Below are positions 55,359 through 64,000 of a DNA stretch of 64,000 bases, in pieces. Each line of letters opens with the position of its first letter. The stretch's first letter is position 1. The translations under genes were made by a program, and so were the position numbers. The notes under the pieces were generated by a model, which was given only the letters and a program-made list of their open reading frames with translations, had not been told where the DNA came from and made no database searches. This DNA comes from Candidatus Limiplasma sp. (GTDB lineage: Bacteria; Bacillota; Clostridia; Christensenellales; Aristaeellaceae). Location: NCBI GenBank assembly GCA_048370855.1, contig DBGEOK010000046.1:33652-97651 (forward strand). The letters run 5' to 3'.

Positions 55359-55692
55359 GGAGCTTCGCACGGAGACGGTCGGTATTTTGATTCCGATGAC
55401 GGCTCTGCGACGAAGAAAGGCAGGACGGCGTTTCACAGGAAGCCAAGGAGTTCGCGCCGGTGAACGGCGCGGTCGGGGCGCGGAGCCGCCCGGACCATAA
55501 CCGACGCGGCCCTGAGCCGGCCCGTGTTTCCGTCGACTTCCGTAAAATCCCCCCGCGCGGCGGTTCTGCTTGACGGCGTTACCGGTTTGACCCGCCGGAA
55601 GCGTTGTGGTATGCTGTACCGGGCAATCCTGAGCATACGAAGAAGCGGGGGGCGTTTTTACGGGCAGATGGCTAAAGCATGGAGATGCCGAC

Positions 55693-57027
55693 ATGACGGA
55701 GGGCGTCATCTGGAAGCAGCTTGTGCGCTTTTCCATCCCCATGGCGATTGGGCTGCTGTTTCAGCAGTTGTACAACACGGTGGATACGATTGTCGTAGGA
55801 CGCTTTGTGGGCAAGGAAGCGTTGGCCGCCGTCGGCAGCACGTCCAGCATCGTCAACATGCTGGTGGGCCTGTGCGCGGGGCTTGCGACCGGCGCGAGCG
55901 TGGTCATCTCGCAGTGCTACGGCGCGCGCGAGCATCAAAAGCTTCACGACGCCGTGCATACCACCATTCTGGTTACGCTGATACTGTCTGTTTTTGCGAC
56001 GGTTGCCGGCGTGCTGATCGTACCGCCGATGCTCAGGCTGATGGAAACGCCGGCGGATGTGTTTGGCGAGGCGCAAGCGTATCTGACCATCTATTTCGCC
56101 GGAGTATCGGGGCTGCTGATGTATAACATGGGCTCCGGCATCCTCCGCGCGGTGGGGGATTCGCGCCGGCCGTTGTATTTTCTCATATTTTCCGCGGTGG
56201 TCAACACCTTTTTTGACCTGCTGTTTGTGGTGCGGTTCCACCTGGGCGTGGAAGGCGTGGCGTATGCGACCATCCTGTCTCAATTTCTGTCCGCGCTGCT
56301 GGTGCTGTTTGTGCTTACGCACGACCAGGCGCCCTACGGCATTCGCTGGAGGCGGCTTTGCATCCGGCGTGAGACGCTGTCCCGAATCCTCTCCATCGGC
56401 CTGCCCTCGGGGCTTCAGCAGGCCGTTACCTCGTTTTCCAACGTGTTTGTTCAGGCTTACATTAACTTTTTCGGCTCGGCGTGTATGGCGGGTTGGTCCA
56501 GCTATAATAAGCTGGATGTGTTTATCCTGATTCCCTTGCAGTCCATCGCGCTGGCCTCCACCACATTCGTGGGCCAAAACCATGGCGCGGGCAAGCTTTC
56601 CCGCGCCCGCCGGGGGGCGCGTCAGGCGCTGGGCATGTCGCTTGTCATTACCGCGTCGCTGAGCGCCCTGCTGATTCTCTGCGCCAGGCCCCTGCTTTCG
56701 CTGTTCACGCCCGACCCGGAGGTCATCGAGTATGGCGCGCGCTTTATCATGCTGATTTCGCCCTTTTATGTGACCACCTGCTTCAATCAAATCTTCGCGG
56801 GGGCGCTGCGGGGCGTCGGCAGCGCAAACGTGCCGATGGTGATTATGCTGTTTTCCTTTGTGGCGTTCAGGCAACTGTATTTGTTTATAAACAGCCGGCT
56901 GGGGAACTCGTTTGTGTTGGTGGCGCTCGCGTATCCCGCCGGGTGGGTCGTATGCAGCGTTCTTCTTACGCTGTTTTACCGGCGTTCCGCGCTCTGCCGG
57001 GCTCAGCCGGGAACCCCGGCGGAATAA
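55693..57027 (+). CDS. MATE-family efflux transporter
   Basis: 444 aa with a 12-TM pattern. The N-terminus IWKQLVRFSIPMAIGLLFQQLYNTVDTIVVGRFVG is typical of MATE proteins. Confidence 0.92.
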   Translation: MTEGVIWKQLVRFSIPMAIGLLFQQLYNTVDTIVVGRFVGKEALAAVGSTSSIVNMLVGLCAGLATGASVVISQCYGAREHQKLHDAVHTTILVTLILSVFATVAGVLIVPPMLRLMETPADVFGEAQAYLTIYFAGVSGLLMYNMGSGILRAVGDSRRPLYFLIFSAVVNTFFDLLFVVRFHLGVEGVAYATILSQFLSALLVLFVLTHDQAPYGIRWRRLCIRRETLSRILSIGLPSGLQQAVTSFSNVFVQAYINFFGSACMAGWSSYNKLDVFILIPLQSIALASTTFVGQNHGAGKLSRARRGARQALGMSLVITASLSALLILCARPLLSLFTPDPEVIEYGARFIMLISPFYVTTCFNQIFAGALRGVGSANVPMVIMLFSFVAFRQLYLFINSRLGNSFVLVALAYPAGWVVCSVLLTLFYRRSALCRAQPGTPAE

Positions 57028-57187
57028 CGGGCTCCGGCCGCCGGCGCGGCTATCGGCCCCACGCGGGGTCGGAGCCTCCGCGCGAAGGCGGCATAAGCCC
57101 CGCGCCGCTCCGGGCCAGGGTAAACCCGCCCGACGTCCGGTTTCCTTTAAATGAAAAAATACGACAAAAGAACAGCGGTTTCTGCGG

Positions 57188-57216
57188 TTGACCGCGCCCG
57201 TCCCGCGTGCTACAAT
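57188..57216 (+). promoter_or_regulatory. Sigma-70-type promoter of apbE
   Basis: TTGACC (57188-57193), 17-nt spacer, TACAAT (57211-57216). Confidence 0.5.
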
Positions 57217-57239
57217 CCGGCCGGACGGAGGTTGTGACG

Positions 57240-58286
57240 ATGCGATACCGGCGTGTCCTGCCGATTTGCGCGCTCGCGCTGGCGGCGGTCCTGTTCGCCG
57301 CGCTTGGGACATCCGGCCCGGCGCGGGCCGAGCCTGTCCGGCGCGAGCTTTCTTTTTTTGACGTGTTCGACACCTATACCCGGCTTACGGTTTATGCGGA
57401 TAGCGCCGAACAGGCGGAGGAATGGCTAGCCTTCGCCCGCGAAGAGCTGACCGCGTACCATCGCCTCTATGACATTTATCATGAATACGAGGGCCTTATT
57501 ACTCTTTGCGCCGTCAACCGGCTTGCGCCCAAGGGGCCTGTGAAGGTCGACCCGCGCCTGATGGGGCTTTTATTGTTCTGCAAAGAAATGTACGCGCTTA
57601 CGGATGGGCGCGTGAACGTCGCCATGGGCGGGGTGCTGCGGCTGTGGCATGAGGCGCGGGAGCGCGGGCTCGAAAACCCGGCTAGGGCGGCGCTTCCCGA
57701 CCGCGCCGCCCTGGAGGAAGCCGCGTCTCACGCGGGCATCGACAGCCTTGTGCTGAATGAAAAGGAAGGCACGGTCTATTTTGCGGACCCGTTATTAAGC
57801 CTGGATGTGGGGGCGGTCGCAAAAGGCTACGCGACAGAGCGCACGGCTGAGGCGATGATGGACAAAGGCGTTTCCGCCGCGCTGCTGTCCGTCGGCGGAA
57901 ACGTGCGGGCCATTGGAGGCCGCGGGGATGGCGGCGCGTACCGCGCCGCCATTCAAAACCCGGACCTGGAGGCGGACGAACAGGCGGTACGGGTGGTTCC
58001 GCTGCGCGGCGCTTCTTTGGTTACAAGCGGCGGCTACCAGCGGTTTTACACAGTCGGGGAAGCGAGGTATCATCATATTATTGACCCTGACACGCTGATG
58101 CCCGCCGGCTATGCCCGGTCCGTTTCCGTGCTCGCCGAGGACGGCGGCCTGGCGGACGCGCTCTCCACCGCGCTGTTTACGCTGCCCGTTGAAAAAGGGC
58201 AGGCGCTGATATCCTCGCTTGCCGGGGTTGAGGCCCTGTGGGTGGAAACGGACGGAACGGTCGCGGCCAGTCCCGGGTTTCCCTGA
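57240..58286 (+). CDS. apbE: FAD:protein FMN transferase (ApbE family)
   Basis: Signal peptide, a GAVAKGYA motif and a C-terminal HHIIDPxT motif (YHHIIDPDT). The start MRYRRVL follows GGAGG. Confidence 0.88.
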   Translation: MRYRRVLPICALALAAVLFAALGTSGPARAEPVRRELSFFDVFDTYTRLTVYADSAEQAEEWLAFAREELTAYHRLYDIYHEYEGLITLCAVNRLAPKGPVKVDPRLMGLLLFCKEMYALTDGRVNVAMGGVLRLWHEARERGLENPARAALPDRAALEEAASHAGIDSLVLNEKEGTVYFADPLLSLDVGAVAKGYATERTAEAMMDKGVSAALLSVGGNVRAIGGRGDGGAYRAAIQNPDLEADEQAVRVVPLRGASLVTSGGYQRFYTVGEARYHHIIDPDTLMPAGYARSVSVLAEDGGLADALSTALFTLPVEKGQALISSLAGVEALWVETDGTVAASPGFP

Positions 58287-58294
58287 ATGACGCT

Positions 58295-59218
58295 TCAGGC
58301 CCGTTCCTTGGCAATGTAAATGGGGCGTTTTTTGGTTTCCAGATAGGCTTTGCTCAGGTACTGGCCCAGAATGCCCATGCAGAATAGCTGGATGCCCCCC
58401 AGCAGCAGCACGATGCAGATGGTGGCGGGAAAGCCCGCGACCGGGTCGCCCCAAATCAGCGTTTTAATGAAGAAATACAGGATCAGCACAAAGGCCAGCA
58501 GGCAGAACAGCACCCCGACCACGGACGCAATCGCCAGCGGCGCGGTGGAAAAGCCGATGATGCCGTCGATGGAATAAATCAGCAGCTTCCAGAACGACCA
58601 TTTGGTTTCGCCCGCCACACGCTCGATATTTTCATATTCAATCCATTTTGTTTGATAGCCGACCCAGCTAAAGATCCCCTTGGAAAAGCGGCTGACCTCG
58701 CGCAGGCTCAGGATGCTGTCCGCCATCTGGCGGGTCATCAGGCGGTAATCGCGCGCGCCGTCCACAATTTCCGTCTTGCTGATCCGGTTGATGAGGCGGT
58801 AAAACGCCCTGGCAAAAAAGCTGCGCACCCTTGGCTCGCCCTTGCGCGTCACGCGGCGGGTGGCTACGCAGTCGTAGCCCTCGGCTTCTATCCCGCGAAG
58901 CATTTCCGGCAGAAGCGCCGGCGGGTCCTGAAGGTCCGCGTCCATGATGGCGACGTAATCGCCCGTCGCGGCTTCCATGCCCGCGAACATGGCGCTTTCC
59001 TTGCCAAAATTGCGCGAAAAGCTGATGTAGTGCACGCGTCCGTCCCGTTCATGGAGGGCGCGAAGGGCGGCGAGGGTGCCGTCCCGGCTGCCGTCGTCCA
59101 CAAAAAGGAACTCAAATTCCACTGGCATGCCCTGCGTATCCTTGAGGAACGCCTCGTAAAAGAGCGGCGCCGCTTCCTCCTCGTTGTAGCAGGGGACGAC
59201 GATGCTGAGCTTTTTCAT
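58295..59218 (-). CDS. Family-2 glycosyltransferase, polyprenyl-phosphate sugar transferase type (GtrB/DPM1-like)
   Basis: LSIVVPCYNEE, DDGSRDGT and DADLQDPP motifs with two C-terminal TM helices. The second ATG (59218) has better RBS spacing than 59224. Confidence 0.9.
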   Translation of the reverse strand: MKKLSIVVPCYNEEEAAPLFYEAFLKDTQGMPVEFEFLFVDDGSRDGTLAALRALHERDGRVHYISFSRNFGKESAMFAGMEAATGDYVAIMDADLQDPPALLPEMLRGIEAEGYDCVATRRVTRKGEPRVRSFFARAFYRLINRISKTEIVDGARDYRLMTRQMADSILSLREVSRFSKGIFSWVGYQTKWIEYENIERVAGETKWSFWKLLIYSIDGIIGFSTAPLAIASVVGVLFCLLAFVLILYFFIKTLIWGDPVAGFPATICIVLLLGGIQLFCMGILGQYLSKAYLETKKRPIYIAKERA

Positions 59219-59242
59219 TTGCATATTCCTTCCGTGCTTGGA

Positions 59243-60514
59243 TTAAATCCGCAGGCCGTCTTGCGGCGCGGTATAGCGCAGCGTTTCAAGAAGCAGCCTG
59301 ATCCAGGCGCTTTGCTGTTCCAGGTCCGCCTGGTCGATGAACCGAAAGAGGTCAATTTCCCGCAGGTTCCCCTCCGCGTCCGCCGCGCACAGCAGGGAGG
59401 CCTGGATGTTGGCGCTTCCCGAGCGCATCCAGAAAATGAGCAAGGCGTGCGGCTCGCCGCTCACAAGCGCGTCCGCGCTGCCCTCCAGGTATCGCGCATA
59501 GCCGTAGCGTTCCGCGAGCGACTTTTCCAGCTCGTCCGCCAACAGGAGCAGGCCCTCCGGGTCCATGCCGGCAAAGGAACCGTCCGTCACATAGCACAGC
59601 TTCGCCGCAAACCCCGCGTCCGGCGAAATCAGGAGCGTCGCGCCCATGTCCCGCACATCCTGGAGCCACAGGTCGAACGCTGCCAGCGCCCCCTCGCCAA
59701 ACCGCTCGCCGTATTCCGCCCGAAGCCCGCTTACGCTCTGCTCGTCTGTTTGGCGCGTGACCAGCCGCGCGCCCGCCGGCAGATCGAGCGTAAAATAGCC
59801 CTCCGGGTCCGCGTAGGGGGTTGTGTTATGGAAGGCGGCGGCCCCGGGCGCCTCGCTTTCCCCGCCGTCCGGTTCCGGCTCGACGGCAAAGTCCATGTTG
59901 GCGAGCAGAAGCTCCAAATCGGCCAGATCTCCGTTTAATTCGACCGCGGCGGCGTCGTCATACAGGTACAGAGAGTCGGCGGGCGCGACGGCCCAAACCT
60001 CGATCAGCTCCGTTCCCCGATAAAACGCCGTGCCGGTGGCCGTGAGCAGCGCCATGCTTCCCGACGCGTCCAGGGCGATGTCCGTCTGTATCACAAGCGC
60101 CTCATAGCCAAAACGCTCCGCGACCGAGGCGCACCCCGCATCCGGGTTGACATATTGCGCCTTTCGGGAGATGCTCTCGGCGACCTTCGGCCATAGCTCC
60201 GCCAGGGATTGGGCGGAGCCGGTTTCCGGCATCGTCGTGCTGCTGACGCTCGCCAGCGCGCGCCCATGCCTCATGCGAAACAGGTAAACGTCGGAGTCCG
60301 CGTTGCAATCCGTCATCAGCGCGTACATGCCCTCCAGGCCCTCCGGCACGGCGAAGCCGGACGCCTCGCCTACGGGCAGAACCTCCGCTCCCTCGGGCAG
60401 CACGCAGGTGACAATCGCCGCGCCCGGGTCCGCCGGCTCGGCGGAAACCGCGAGCGCCGCCGGACGAAGAATGAAAAACGCCGCCGCCAATAATATGGAA
60501 AGCACCTTTTTCAT
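59243..60514 (-). CDS. Secreted hypothetical protein
   Basis: Signal peptide MKKVLSILLAAAFFILRPAALAVSA. 423 aa, acidic, with no recognisable domain. It lies 19 nt upstream of the GT2 gene on the same strand. Confidence 0.68.
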   Translation of the reverse strand: MKKVLSILLAAAFFILRPAALAVSAEPADPGAAIVTCVLPEGAEVLPVGEASGFAVPEGLEGMYALMTDCNADSDVYLFRMRHGRALASVSSTTMPETGSAQSLAELWPKVAESISRKAQYVNPDAGCASVAERFGYEALVIQTDIALDASGSMALLTATGTAFYRGTELIEVWAVAPADSLYLYDDAAAVELNGDLADLELLLANMDFAVEPEPDGGESEAPGAAAFHNTTPYADPEGYFTLDLPAGARLVTRQTDEQSVSGLRAEYGERFGEGALAAFDLWLQDVRDMGATLLISPDAGFAAKLCYVTDGSFAGMDPEGLLLLADELEKSLAERYGYARYLEGSADALVSGEPHALLIFWMRSGSANIQASLLCAADAEGNLREIDLFRFIDQADLEQQSAWIRLLLETLRYTAPQDGLRI

Positions 60515-61255
60515 ACGCCTTATACTCCCTCCCAGACCGCGCGGGTCCCTATGCGCCTATTGTAGCATGAAACCCCGTGATGCGCAAACGCGCCCGATGC
60601 TGAAAACGGTTGTCAAGCGCCTATGCTTCGATTTCTTTCGATGCCGCCCAAGCGGCGACGCCGCGCTCCCGACGCTTGGCGTCGGAACGCTCCTTACGTC
60701 CAGCCTGGGCACGCTGTCTGTCATTGGGCTTGGAAGGCTTATGAAACGGCCGCTTCAAATCGAGAATATCCGGGGCTTCAGCGTGCTGGTCATGTGTACG
60801 CACTTTATTTTTCCTTTCCAGTATCAGCGATATATGACACCGACGCCGATAATAAGTATACTATTCGCATTTTTGACGGGGTGTATTATCTTCTGTATCG
60901 CCTTTATGATAAACGTCGCTGCAATCTTCAAAAAATCTGATTGGATCATAAAGGCTTTGGAAAACGGCAATATCGTTTTTGAAGGAAGCGCTGGCCCGGG
61001 GGCGCTTGGCGCGCGTGCCGGAACGCCGTCAGGGAGGATGGTGCTCCCCATGGGAAGGCAGAGCGTCCCGCACGGCCTGCCGCGCGCTGTATAAAGGGCC
61101 TGCGGGATAGATCCCAATGCGCGCTCCTCCCGTTTCGCTTTGCCCGACCGCCTGACGACGACGGGCGCGCCGGCGAAATGCTTCTTTATTTATTTTCCTC
61201 TGGCCGACTCGTATTGCGGCTTTCCGTCCGATGCCGTAAAACATTTGTCATACAC

Positions 61256-61284
61256 TTGTAAAAACCAATCCCTTCCGTTATAAT
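61256..61284 (+). promoter_or_regulatory. Sigma-70-type promoter of the MoxR-DUF58 operon
   Basis: TTGTAA (61256-61261), 17-nt spacer, TATAAT (61279-61284). It is followed by the hairpin CCTGTCCC-GTC-GGGACAGG in the 5' UTR. Confidence 0.55.
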
Positions 61285-61368
61285 AAAGAATGTGTGCCTG
61301 TCCCGTCGGGACAGGGGAATCGCCGGATTCCGTACCCATCCATTATGAAGTAGGTAAGGGGCGTTTGT

Positions 61369-62316
61369 ATGCTCAATCCGCGTCAGGTCATTACGGCACT
61401 CAAACAAAATATCGGCAAGGTCATCGTCGGCAAGGACGAGGTGATCGAGCTTTTGCTGATTGCCATGCTGTGCAAGGGACATGTGCTGATCGAGGACGTT
61501 CCCGGCACCGGAAAAACCACCCTGGCCAGCGCGCTGGCCAAGTCCCTGGATTGCAGCTTCAACCGCATTCAGTTTACGCCGGACGTGGTCCCCTCGGATG
61601 TTACGGGCTTTACCATGGTCAATTTTAAGAGCGGGGAGATGGAGTTCCATCCGGGCGCCATCATGTGCCAGATCGCGCTTGCGGATGAAATCAACCGTAC
61701 CTCGCCCAAGACGCAGAGCGCGCTGCTGGAGGTCATGGAGGAATATCAGGTTACCGTGGACGGCGTGACGCACCCTTTGCCCAAGCCCTTTATGGTGCTC
61801 GCCACGCAGAACCCCAGCGAGTTCGTGGGCACCTATCCCTTGCCGGAGGCGCAGATGGACCGTTTTTTCATCCGTATTTCGATGGGTTATCCCACGCTGG
61901 AGGAGGAAATGGCGGTGCTGGAAAGGTTCAGCGGAACGGTGAAGCCCCAGGCCAGCCTCGCGCCCGTTTGCGCGGCCAGGGACGTGATCGAAATGCAGAG
62001 CATGATTGGCAACGTCTACTGCTCCAAGGAGGTGCGCCACTATATCGCCAATATCGCGGCCATGACGCGCACGCATCCCAGCCTTCAGCTCGGCGTGTCC
62101 ACGCGGGGCGCGATTGCGCTCATCCGCGGCGCGCAAGCGTGCGCGCTGCTCAACGAGCGCGACTATATCCTGCCTGAGGATGTGCAGCGGATGGTGCTGC
62201 CGGTGCTGGCGCACCGCATTACGCCCAACCCGGAGGCCAAGATGAAGGGCATATCCGCCGAGCGCATTCTGATCGCCGTGGTGGAAAACGTTCCGGTACC
62301 GCTGCGCCTTAGCTGA
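61369..62316 (+). CDS. MoxR-family AAA+ ATPase
   Basis: Walker A DVPGTGKTT, Walker B LADEINR, and the typical MoxR C-terminal lid (LQLGVSTRGAIAL). 315 aa. Confidence 0.93.
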   Translation: MLNPRQVITALKQNIGKVIVGKDEVIELLLIAMLCKGHVLIEDVPGTGKTTLASALAKSLDCSFNRIQFTPDVVPSDVTGFTMVNFKSGEMEFHPGAIMCQIALADEINRTSPKTQSALLEVMEEYQVTVDGVTHPLPKPFMVLATQNPSEFVGTYPLPEAQMDRFFIRISMGYPTLEEEMAVLERFSGTVKPQASLAPVCAARDVIEMQSMIGNVYCSKEVRHYIANIAAMTRTHPSLQLGVSTRGAIALIRGAQACALLNERDYILPEDVQRMVLPVLAHRITPNPEAKMKGISAERILIAVVENVPVPLRLS

Positions 62317-62400
62317 GCGCATTTGCGCATCGGGCGCGCTTACGGCGCGGTCAAGCCGGCTCCGCGGCCTGACAACGCAGGGAAAGGGGGCGAGCGCCGC

Positions 62401-63561
62401 GTGAGGAAAGCCACTGTGACCCTTGGCGTATGCTTTGGATTTTTTTTGCTTTGCGCGCTTTCCATGGGCAACCGGATGTATCTGCTCATCTCGGTGGTCA
62501 TCGCGCTGTCGTGGGTGTTCGCTTATGCAAGCGTGCGCATGGCGGAAAAAAGCGTGAAGGTAGAAAACGCGCTCAGCGGCGTGAAGGTGAACCGCGGCGA
62601 CGTGGTGAGCATGGAGATTTCCGTCAGCCACAAGAGCCTGCTGCCGATCGCCCCCGTCGCGCTGCGCATGCGGGCGACCAGCAATACGCCCGCGGGCACC
62701 ATTCACCTCACGCAGCTTGGCAAAAGAAAGCAGCGCGTGGTTCACAAGTTTGCCGCCGACCATGTGGGGGCGATGTTTCCCGGCGTGGACAGCTATGTGG
62801 TGGCGGACGTCTTCGGGTTTTTTAAGCGCGAGCACAAACCTGATTTAGCGGGGCAGGAGCTGCTGGTGCTGCCCGTGCCCTTTGACGTGGAGCCGCTGAC
62901 CTTCGCGGCGGGCGACATGGGCGTGGAAACTATGAAGCGCGCCATGGAGGACCCTTCCAGCCCAAGCGATTTCCGCGCTTATCAGCAGGGCGACCCCCTC
63001 AAGCGCATTCACTGGAAGATGAGCGCCCGCAAGCGGGAAATTATCGTCAGGCAGTTTGAGGAGCCGGCCCTGCCGGACGCCTTGGTGCTGCTGGATACCT
63101 CCGCCCCCCACCTGGGCGAGGGCGTCGCGCCGGAGCTGGCGGCCTATTTGCAGGACGCGCTGCTGGAAACCGCGGCTTCGGTAGTCGCCTGTCAAATCCG
63201 GCAGGACAATCCCGTGCGCATGCCGCTGATCGGCGAGCGGCCTATGGAGTACTCCAGCCGAATGGGCCTGAACGTGCTGCTGGACGAGCTGGCGCGCTGC
63301 AGCTTTACCGAAACCGAACGCTTTGAGCGGGTTTTAATGATGCAGATGGGCGAGCTGCGAAAGACCGGCGCTGTGGTTATCATCACCACGCGCCTTACAT
63401 CCGCGCTGGCGGACCTGATTGTGCGCATGAAGCGCATGGGCCCCAACGTGCGCCTCTATTTTGTCACCTTTCGCGCGGAAGATCCGGAGACGACGCCGCT
63501 GGTCGGGCGCTTGCAGCAGGGGGGCGTGGAGGTCAACTATGTGACGCCGCAGGGCGGCTGA
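62401..63561 (+). CDS. DUF58-domain protein (vWA-like, MoxR partner)
   Basis: Two N-terminal TM helices followed by the DUF58 signature DFRAYQQGDPLKRIHWKMSARKREIIVRQFE. I propose a GTG start at 62401. The upstream 26 codons of the track ORF look non-coding, so the start is uncertain. Confidence 0.82.
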   Translation: MRKATVTLGVCFGFFLLCALSMGNRMYLLISVVIALSWVFAYASVRMAEKSVKVENALSGVKVNRGDVVSMEISVSHKSLLPIAPVALRMRATSNTPAGTIHLTQLGKRKQRVVHKFAADHVGAMFPGVDSYVVADVFGFFKREHKPDLAGQELLVLPVPFDVEPLTFAAGDMGVETMKRAMEDPSSPSDFRAYQQGDPLKRIHWKMSARKREIIVRQFEEPALPDALVLLDTSAPHLGEGVAPELAAYLQDALLETAASVVACQIRQDNPVRMPLIGERPMEYSSRMGLNVLLDELARCSFTETERFERVLMMQMGELRKTGAVVIITTRLTSALADLIVRMKRMGPNVRLYFVTFRAEDPETTPLVGRLQQGGVEVNYVTPQGG

Positions 63562-63605
63562 AGTCCGCCGGGGTTCCAATTTTGCCGGAAGGGAGGCGAA
63601 ACCCG

Positions 63606-64000
63606 ATGCGCAAGCCCGCTTTTTTATCCAACGAGCGCCTGTCGCGCTTTGTGTTAAGCCTCTTGCTATGCGCCGGCGTGCTGCTGCCGCTGATGATGAC
63701 CTTTGGCCTTGGCGCGGCGGCCATGCCGGCGCTTTTGATCAGCGCGGTCATGCTCGCGCTGCTGACGGCTGCCGGAGGGAGCGGGAAGGGAAGGCTGATC
63801 CTTGCCGGGGTTGCCGCCGCGCTGGCGGTTTTGCAGCTTTTTTTGCCCAACGCCGGCTTCTTTGGCGGGTCATATGAGGCGATCAAGGCAATTTCGCTCT
63901 ACTTTAACGGGATTACCACCGCCGCGCCGCTGTTCGCCTCCCAAATTTCGGCGCTGCTTGCCGTTGGCGTCGCCGCGCTGAGCTATGCTTTTTCCAGCAA
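63606..64000 (+). CDS. Polytopic membrane protein, 3'-partial (position of the transglutaminase-like third gene of MoxR-DUF58 operons)
   Basis: ATG 63606 is preceded by GGGAGG. The frame stays open to the window edge, and the visible 131 aa are consecutive TM helices. No catalytic domain is visible within the window. Confidence 0.55.
   Translation, partial: MRKPAFLSNERLSRFVLSLLLCAGVLLPLMMTFGLGAAAMPALLISAVMLALLTAAGGSGKGRLILAGVAAALAVLQLFLPNAGFFGGSYEAIKAISLYFNGITTAAPLFASQISALLAVGVAALSYAFSS

Overview
GC-rich chromosomal segment from what looks like an endospore-forming Firmicute (Clostridia-like). This is inferred from a gerA-type germinant receptor operon, whiA plus a crh-like gene, a CtsR operator on clpB and a sigma-G-like promoter. 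Nearly all of it is core metabolism and housekeeping:
- a methionine operon (metY-metA-metF, split-MetH activation protein, metH)
- dnaN, and whiA with a Crh-like gene
- an arginine operon (argG-C-J-B-D-F)
- serC-serA, clpB, uvrC and murB-rapZ
- a ribose-type sugar ABC locus, corA, a MATE exporter, apbE, envelope-glycosylation genes, and a MoxR-DUF58 module at the right edge

I recognised no rRNA, tRNA, CRISPR array, transposase, integrase, phage gene or canonical defence system. Many long ORFs in the six-frame track are antisense or out-of-frame shadows typical of GC-rich DNA, and I did not call them.

The observations most worth a second look:
1. An oriC-like unwinding module directly upstream of a dnaN that has no dnaA next to it: AT-rich tract, four perfect TAG trios, a GC cluster, then tandem DnaA-box-like 9-mers.
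2. An intergenic repeat family whose conserved ~90-nt module is three consecutive perfect hairpins. There are three copies in both orientations, and one is embedded in a 178-nt tandem duplication.
3. A terminator-containing leader upstream of metY that I could not match by eye to the SAM-I or T-box consensus.
4. A sugar-uptake locus combining a UlaG-like lactonase, an unrecognisable 337-aa protein and a SorC regulator behind a 24-nt palindromic operator.
5. Several unusually long non-coding stretches and AT-rich islands, one carrying a dif-like motif.

All family assignments come from motif recognition by eye. No database search was run.
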